The notes under the pieces: generated by a model
Told to the model about the DNA's origin: nothing
Databases searched by the model: none
What the model saw: only the letters and a program-made list of their open reading frames with translations
Source of the DNA: Chloroflexota bacterium
GTDB taxonomy: Bacteria > Chloroflexota > UBA11872 > VXOZ01
NCBI GenBank assembly: GCA_963663275.1
Contig: OY760183.1
Span: forward strand, 1,440,001-1,504,000
DNA length: 64,000 nucleotides
Direction: 5' to 3'
Shown here: piece by piece, positions 58,260 to 64,000 of the stretch
Position numbering within the stretch: the stretch's first letter is position 1
Layout of the letters: each line of letters begins with the position of its first letter
Translations under genes and position numbers: made by a program

Positions 58260-58654
58260 GGTGGGTCAGACATCTCCTCTCAGGAATCTTCTCCGAAGTA
58301 AGCAGGCATACTCAGAGTTGCAATGGTAGGCTTGTACGTCACCAGTATACGTCTCCACTGCCGGAGAATGAAGTTTGGGGGCGCCGGTCCGCGCCAGGGA
58401 TAGATCATGAGTTTTCGAAGTAAGGGGCACAGGGCGCACGGCGCTCTAAGGTAGCGGCACGGCGTGATTATGGGAAATTGCAAAGTCAATGCAGTTGTGG
58501 CAATATTGCAGGGGCCGATTAGTGCCGGTCCGCGGCTTGAATTGCTGGAAACTGTCGCGCGGCACGAGCCGCGGTATCCTCCACATTCGGTGCAGCGTCA
58601 GAGTCACCTTACGGAATAACTCAATCGCATGGTGTCGAGAAATCGAGGAATCTC

Positions 58655-60979
58655 ATGAGGCAGATTTTAAGGAAGATCGTGTTGAGTTTGGCGGTGCTTG
58701 GCGGCGCGCTGCTGCTCATGGGTTCGTCAATCGCGCCGCCAATTCACTTTGAGCCGACGCTCAGTTGGTCGCGGAGCGGAAAGCACATCGTCTTCTCAGT
58801 GGGCTACGTGGGCGCTTTCGTTGTAGATCCGGCAGGTGTGCATCTATCCACTATTCCCCGGCACGCGCCGCTTGGAGACGGCTTTGGCGCGGGCAACGCT
58901 ACGCCGAGCGTATCTCCGGACGGGTCGAGAATAGCCTACGTCGTGCGTGAAAGTTCAAGCGCAACGGCAATTGAAACGGCAGCGATTGATGGGACCGGCG
59001 CGCGGCGGCTGACCGTGTACACAGATATTGACAACGACGGGTCAATCGACAAGCACATCGACATGAGTCCGGTGTGGTCGCCGGACGGAAACAGAATCGC
59101 ATTCAAGTCCAGCCGGAGCGAATCCAGATGGCGATTTCGCCTCTTCGTCATGGACGCGGATGGGTCGAATGTCCAGGCGCTGGCGCCGTCAGTCAGTCTT
59201 GAGAGCGAGATTCCTGGCAGACCGCCGGCCTGGTCGTCGGACGGCCGCTGGCTCGCATTCTTGGGTGAGGGTGAGGGTAATGAAGAGCGGCGCGGCCAAG
59301 AAGGTGGGTTCTACCTCTACACGGTTAGAGACGACGGGACGAATCTAACCAGAATAGGCGAGGTACGCAGTTCCGTCATGCCGGAGTGGTCGCCGGATGG
59401 CAGTCTTCTGGCATTTGTCAGCGCAGAATCAGGAGAAGGAGCGGAGCGCCAAAGCGTCCTCTACACCGTGCAACCCGACGGCACAGGGCCAACGAGAATA
59501 GGCGATGGGGTTAGCGCCGCGGCTTGGTCGCCGGACGGCGCTTGGCTCGCATATTCAAGAATCGAAGAGGAAGGGCCGGCTACGTACGTTGTGAGGCCTG
59601 ACGGCGCCGACCTGAAGCTGGTGGCGCCTGACCACGGCGGGCTGGTGACGTGGTCTCCGGACGGCTCTGAGGTTTACGTGGAGAACAGGCAATACGCGGT
59701 GCGGCGTGATGGCAGCGGTCTGCGTCGGCACGTAAGTGAGGAGACTCACGACTTACAAGCCGAGTACCTAACGGCCTGGTCGCCGGACGGACTGCGGCTC
59801 GCCGTGCTTGCCCCTGGCGATGGCGCCGTCACGCTCTATACCATAGAGCGTGACGGCGCCAACAGACGTGTCCTGGTGCGCGGCACGGCAAACCGATTCG
59901 TCGCGGAGCACTCCGGTTGGTATGAAGCGCCGCGAAATCTAGCGGCATGCTCGGAGGGGCTAATCGTACCGGAGCCGGAGGCGCACCCAGGCTTGGTGGA
60001 AGACTGCAAGATCCTGCTGGCGCTAAGGGACGCTCTCATTGCGGACGGTTACGTGGACTGGAGCGCCGTTTGGCCAATTGCCGCGTGGCAAGGGGTCGAA
60101 GTGGGCTGCCCGTCGCGTTTCCGCGTTGTCATCATAACCGCATGGAAGGAAGCTGGTCCTGGATGCTCTTCTCCGTATCGGGTAATTGGTTTGCGACTCT
60201 CGAGTCTGCGCGGCGCTATGCCGCCCGAATTAGGCAAGTTCTTGGAACTCGAGTCGCTAACTCTTGGTTTCCCAGAATATCGGAGAAGCAGCGATGTTCT
60301 CGAGACCATTCCGCCTGAGTTGGGAAACCTAGCACACCTGAAAGAGTTGCAGCTCTCTGGTAGCCGGCTGAGCGGCAACATCCCCAAGGAACTTGGCAAG
60401 CTGGGCGAATTGGAGGAATTCCGCTTGTACTTTACAAGGGTCAGCGGGAACATTCCGACGGAACTGGGCAAACTATCCAAGTTGAAGATTCTGCATCTCC
60501 TTGGCAACGAGATGAGAGGCGGCATTCCGCCGGAACTTGGCGATCTTCGACACCTTAGAGAGTTGGAGATAGCCTTCCATCACTCTGCGGGAACCATCCC
60601 GCGGGAGTTTGGGAGTTTAGTCAATCTGGAACGCTTGAGTCTCGCTGAGGTCCACCTGAGCGGCAGCATTCCGCCGGAACTAGGCAACCTTGTGAAGCTC
60701 AAGACTCTCATCATCGGCGCTAAGGACTTGTCGGGCGCAATCCCGCCGGAATTGGGAAACCTCGCCAATCTGGAGGTCTTGAAACTGATTGGTAGCTGGT
60801 TCGATCCTGATTCTCGGCTTAGCAACAAACTCAGCGGATCTATCCCGCCAGAACTGGGGAAGCTCACGAATCTAACGGAACTCTGGTTGCTTTCATCGGA
60901 GTTGACCGGGTGTTTGCCTGCTTCGTTATCGGGCCAGTTGACCTATCTTTGGGCTTATGTGGAGTACTGTGCGGAGTGA
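58655..60979 (+). CDS. Exported TolB-like (PD40) beta-propeller plus plant-type leucine-rich-repeat protein
   Basis: Signal/TM segment, repeated WSPDG motifs, a DCxxLL...W.GV cap, then about nine (L/I)xGxIPxELGxLxxL repeats. Confidence 0.88.
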   Translation: MRQILRKIVLSLAVLGGALLLMGSSIAPPIHFEPTLSWSRSGKHIVFSVGYVGAFVVDPAGVHLSTIPRHAPLGDGFGAGNATPSVSPDGSRIAYVVRESSSATAIETAAIDGTGARRLTVYTDIDNDGSIDKHIDMSPVWSPDGNRIAFKSSRSESRWRFRLFVMDADGSNVQALAPSVSLESEIPGRPPAWSSDGRWLAFLGEGEGNEERRGQEGGFYLYTVRDDGTNLTRIGEVRSSVMPEWSPDGSLLAFVSAESGEGAERQSVLYTVQPDGTGPTRIGDGVSAAAWSPDGAWLAYSRIEEEGPATYVVRPDGADLKLVAPDHGGLVTWSPDGSEVYVENRQYAVRRDGSGLRRHVSEETHDLQAEYLTAWSPDGLRLAVLAPGDGAVTLYTIERDGANRRVLVRGTANRFVAEHSGWYEAPRNLAACSEGLIVPEPEAHPGLVEDCKILLALRDALIADGYVDWSAVWPIAAWQGVEVGCPSRFRVVIITAWKEAGPGCSSPYRVIGLRLSSLRGAMPPELGKFLELESLTLGFPEYRRSSDVLETIPPELGNLAHLKELQLSGSRLSGNIPKELGKLGELEEFRLYFTRVSGNIPTELGKLSKLKILHLLGNEMRGGIPPELGDLRHLRELEIAFHHSAGTIPREFGSLVNLERLSLAEVHLSGSIPPELGNLVKLKTLIIGAKDLSGAIPPELGNLANLEVLKLIGSWFDPDSRLSNKLSGSIPPELGKLTNLTELWLLSSELTGCLPASLSGQLTYLWAYVEYCAE

Positions 60980-61097
60980 CGGCGGGCCACAGCACCCTGT
61001 ACCGCAATGTGTGGACGGTGGCAGAATGCAGCCGAATAGAGATTGCTGATCAGGGGCTTCTAGCCCGCCGCGCGATCGACTCTCAACCGGCCAATTG

Positions 61098-61127
61098 TTG
61101 ATTCGTCATGCCGCGCTCCGCTATAGT
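61098..61127 (+). promoter_or_regulatory. Putative pnp promoter
   Basis: TTGATT-18 bp-TATAGT, which would imply a ~300-nt leader. Confidence 0.45.
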
Positions 61128-61223
61128 GGTAATTGGAAGTTTGCGTGATCTTCCGCAACACTTTTCTCACATTGCGCGCCGAGTACCGGCCACCGGCTTG
61201 TCCGAGCAGCACGCAGCGGACAG

Positions 61224-61393
61224 GGTTAGTGTTTTGTGACTAGCACATGCCGTTTCGGTAGAGCGGCATCTGCGTGAAACGACAACTGCGTTTCGACGAG
61301 ACGGCATTCGCCTTTCAAAGAAACGGCGACTTCGTAAGACGGCGACTTCGTGAAACCACGACTTCGTGAAACGGCATCTGCTAGTCACTAACC
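61224..61393 (+). promoter_or_regulatory. Long stem-loop in the pnp leader (candidate RNase III site)
   Basis: GTGACTAGCACATGCCGTTTC (61236-61256) pairs with GAAACGGCATCTGCTAGTCAC (61368-61388) at 20 of 21 positions. Confidence 0.6.
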
Positions 61394-61439
61394 ACACGGC
61401 GGGTTGGGGTAGGGCGCGGGAAGGATTTTTTCCACCGTT

Positions 61440-63755
61440 ATGATTCACAAGGTAGAGGCGAACCACACCGGTCGCGAGTTGACCATCGAGACCGGCCGGT
61501 TTGCCGAGCAGGCCAGCGGCAGCGTCACGATCCGTTGCGGCGACGCGATTCTGCTGGTCACGGTCGTGGGCGACAAACCCCGCGAGGGCATCGACTTCTT
61601 TCCTCTCTCCGTTGACGTTGAGGAGAAGTACTACGCGGTAGGCCGGATTCCCGGCGGCTACCTGCGGCGCGAGGGACGGCCCAGCGACGATTGCGTCCTG
61701 GCGGCGCGGCTCTGCGACCGCCCGTTGCGGCCGCTCTTTCCCAAGGACTATCGCAACGAGGTGCAGGTGATCATCACCATCCTCAGCGCCGACCAGGAGA
61801 ACGCCACGGACGTGATGGGCATCGTCGGCGCGTCGGCGGCGCTCTGCATCTCCGATATACCCTTTGGCGGGCCGGTGGGCGCGGTGCGCGTGGGGCGCAT
61901 CAACGGCGAGTTCGTCATCAATCCGCTCATGTCGCAGTTCGCCGAGAGCGACCTGGACCTGGTCATCGCCGGCACCCGCGACGCCGTGATGATGGTGGAA
62001 GCCGAGGCGGGCCAACTGCCCGAGACCGAGATGCTGGCCGCCCTGGAGCGCGGTCACGAGGCCCTGCAAGAGACCATCGCCATGCAGGAAGAGTTGATCA
62101 GCAAGATCAGCAAGGCCAAGCACGAGTACGTTCCCCACGGCCCGCCGGACGAACTGGTGGCCCAGGTGCAGGCGGAGGTCGGGGAAAAAGTGGCCGCGGC
62201 GTTCGGCCAGGCGGACAAGGCGGCGCGTGAAGAGCAACTTGGCGCAATCAAGGCCGAGACCGTGGCCCAACTGGGCGCGGAGCACGGCGAGGAACACGTG
62301 GCCGACGCGGTGCAATCCGCCGTGAAGAAGCACGTGCGCAGCGAAATCCTGCACGAAGGCAAGCGCCCCGACGGCCGCGCGCCGGCGGATCTCCGCGCGC
62401 TTTCCGCCGAGGTGGGCGTGCTGCCGCGCACCCACGGCACCGGCCTCTTCCAACGCGGCCAGACCCAGGTGCTGAGCATCACCACCCTCGGTTCGATTGG
62501 CGACGCGCAGCCGCTCTACGGGCTGGAACTCGCCGATTCCAAGCCGTTCATCCACCACTACAACTTTCCGCCGTTCAGCACCGGCGAAGCGGGACGGCTG
62601 GGTTCGCCCCGGCGGCGCGAGATCGGACACGGCCGCCTGGCCGAGCGCGCGGTGGCGCAGGTGCTGCCCTCGCAAGAGGAGTTTCCCTACACCATTCGCG
62701 TGGTCTCCGAGGTGCTTTCGTCCAACGGCTCCACCAGCATGGCGTCTACCTGCGGCAGCAGCCTGGCGCTGATGGACGCCGGTGTGCCGCTGCAAGCGCC
62801 GGTGGGCGGCATTGCCATGGGCCTGGTGCTGGGCGATGAAGGCGAGTACGCCATCCTGACCGACATCCAGGGCATCGAGGACGCCTTGGGCGACATGGAC
62901 TTCAAGGTGGCCGGCACCACCCGGGGCGTGACCGCCTTGCAGATGGACATCAAGGTTTCGGGCATCACCTTCGCCATCATGGAGCAGGCGCTGGCGCAGG
63001 CGCGGGACGCCCGCTTGGAGGTGCTGAAGGTAATGACGGACGCGCTTGCCGAGCCGCGCGCGGAACTTTCCGATTACGCGCCGAGCCTGGTTTCGCTCAA
63101 GATCAACCCGGAGAAGATTGGCGAAGTGATCGGCCCGGGCGGCAAGATCATCCGCAAGATCCAGGAAGAGACCGAGTCGAAGATCGACATCGACGATGAC
63201 GGCACTATCGTCATCACCGGCGCCGCCAAGGAAGGCGTGGAGAAGGCGGCGGAGACCATCCGCAACATGACCACCGAACTCGAGGTGGGCGCAATCTTCA
63301 CCGGCACGGTATCGCGCATCATGAACGCCGGCGTGTTCGTGAACCTGCCGGACGGACGGCGCGAAGGTCTGGTGCGCATGAGCGAACTGGCGGAAGATTA
63401 CGTGGAACGCGCCGAGGACGTGGCCGACATCGGCGACGAAATCATGGTGATGGTGATCGAAATCGATTACCAGGGCCGGGTGAACCTCTCGCGCCGCGCG
63501 GTGCTGGAAGGGACGAGTCCCGGCGATCGCGCTGGCGGCGGCCGCGGCGACCGCGGCGGCAACCGGGGACGGGGGCCCGGCTCGGATCGGCGCGGCGGCC
63601 CGCCGCGCGGCGGACGCGGGCCGCGGCGCTACGACCGCGAGCGCGCGCCCGCGGGCGCCGATAGAGACCGCAATCGCGGCGGCGACCGCGATACCCAGCA
63701 GAGCGACGGTGACGGCGACGGCCGGTCGTCCGGCGGTTCCGGCAGAAAGTGGTAG
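61440..63755 (+). CDS. pnp: Polyribonucleotide nucleotidyltransferase (PNPase)
   Basis: DFFPL, RREGRP, HHYNFPPFS, RREIGHG, SNGSTSMAS and GDMDFKVAGT, plus KH and S1 domains. Confidence 0.98.
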   Translation: MIHKVEANHTGRELTIETGRFAEQASGSVTIRCGDAILLVTVVGDKPREGIDFFPLSVDVEEKYYAVGRIPGGYLRREGRPSDDCVLAARLCDRPLRPLFPKDYRNEVQVIITILSADQENATDVMGIVGASAALCISDIPFGGPVGAVRVGRINGEFVINPLMSQFAESDLDLVIAGTRDAVMMVEAEAGQLPETEMLAALERGHEALQETIAMQEELISKISKAKHEYVPHGPPDELVAQVQAEVGEKVAAAFGQADKAAREEQLGAIKAETVAQLGAEHGEEHVADAVQSAVKKHVRSEILHEGKRPDGRAPADLRALSAEVGVLPRTHGTGLFQRGQTQVLSITTLGSIGDAQPLYGLELADSKPFIHHYNFPPFSTGEAGRLGSPRRREIGHGRLAERAVAQVLPSQEEFPYTIRVVSEVLSSNGSTSMASTCGSSLALMDAGVPLQAPVGGIAMGLVLGDEGEYAILTDIQGIEDALGDMDFKVAGTTRGVTALQMDIKVSGITFAIMEQALAQARDARLEVLKVMTDALAEPRAELSDYAPSLVSLKINPEKIGEVIGPGGKIIRKIQEETESKIDIDDDGTIVITGAAKEGVEKAAETIRNMTTELEVGAIFTGTVSRIMNAGVFVNLPDGRREGLVRMSELAEDYVERAEDVADIGDEIMVMVIEIDYQGRVNLSRRAVLEGTSPGDRAGGGRGDRGGNRGRGPGSDRRGGPPRGGRGPRRYDRERAPAGADRDRNRGGDRDTQQSDGDGDGRSSGGSGRKW

Positions 63756-63763
63756 AGAGGCTC

Positions 63764-64000
63764 ATGGCAGCAACGAGCGCGGATTCCCTGCGCATCGGCG
63801 TATTCGGCATCTTTGGCCGGGTGGGCACGACCGTTGCCAACGCGGTGGCGCGTGAGGACGATCTCACCCTGGTTGGTGGGGCGGACGTCATCGCCGCCGC
63901 CGACGGCTTCACCACCGCAACGGGTGACATGGTAGCCACGTTTACGGATGTGCCGGCGCTGCTGGCGGACGCCAAGCCCGACGTTATCATCGACTTCACC
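63764..64000 (+). CDS. dapB: 4-hydroxy-tetrahydrodipicolinate reductase (5' part; runs off the window)
   Basis: Read manually: MAATSADSLRIGVFGIFGRVG...PDVIIDFT. Confidence 0.85.
   Translation, partial: MAATSADSLRIGVFGIFGRVGTTVANAVAREDDLTLVGGADVIAAADGFTTATGDMVATFTDVPALLADAKPDVIIDFT

Noticed and set aside
60200-60979. Diversity-generating retroelement acting on LRR Asn codons
   Set aside because: The substituted codons (ACA, AAG, TCG) are not confined to adenine positions of AAY, and no reverse transcriptase or template repeat is in the window.

Overview
High-GC bacterial chromosomal window. It is most consistent with a Chloroflexota (Dehalococcoidia-like), possibly sponge-associated, organism; this is inferred from protein families and repeat load, not proven. 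Housekeeping genes: ftsH (partial), mutM, polA, glpK, pnp and dapB (partial). It also carries a heterodimeric ABC exporter, a large cytochrome c maturation (ccm) locus with a Cys-type CcmE and unusual accessory genes, and a KamA lysine 2,3-aminomutase next to a circularly permuted ATP-grasp-like protein. Two catabolic clusters (amidase/dehydratase; sulfatase/GH38/Gfo/TIM-barrel/SDR), an orphan Phd antitoxin and a PD40+plant-type LRR protein are also present. Intergenic DNA is saturated with several palindromic repeat families. The most striking signal is a nested mobile-repeat system: a complete IS5-family element sits in the loop of a REP-like hairpin, non-autonomous MITEs with the same IS5 ends carry palindromes as cargo, and a second ~146-bp MITE (CTGACAG ends, 10-11-bp TSD) inserts into those palindromes, with both filled and empty sites visible. 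In the ccm operon, REP arrays appear to be translated in frame. No rRNA, tRNA or CRISPR array was recognised.
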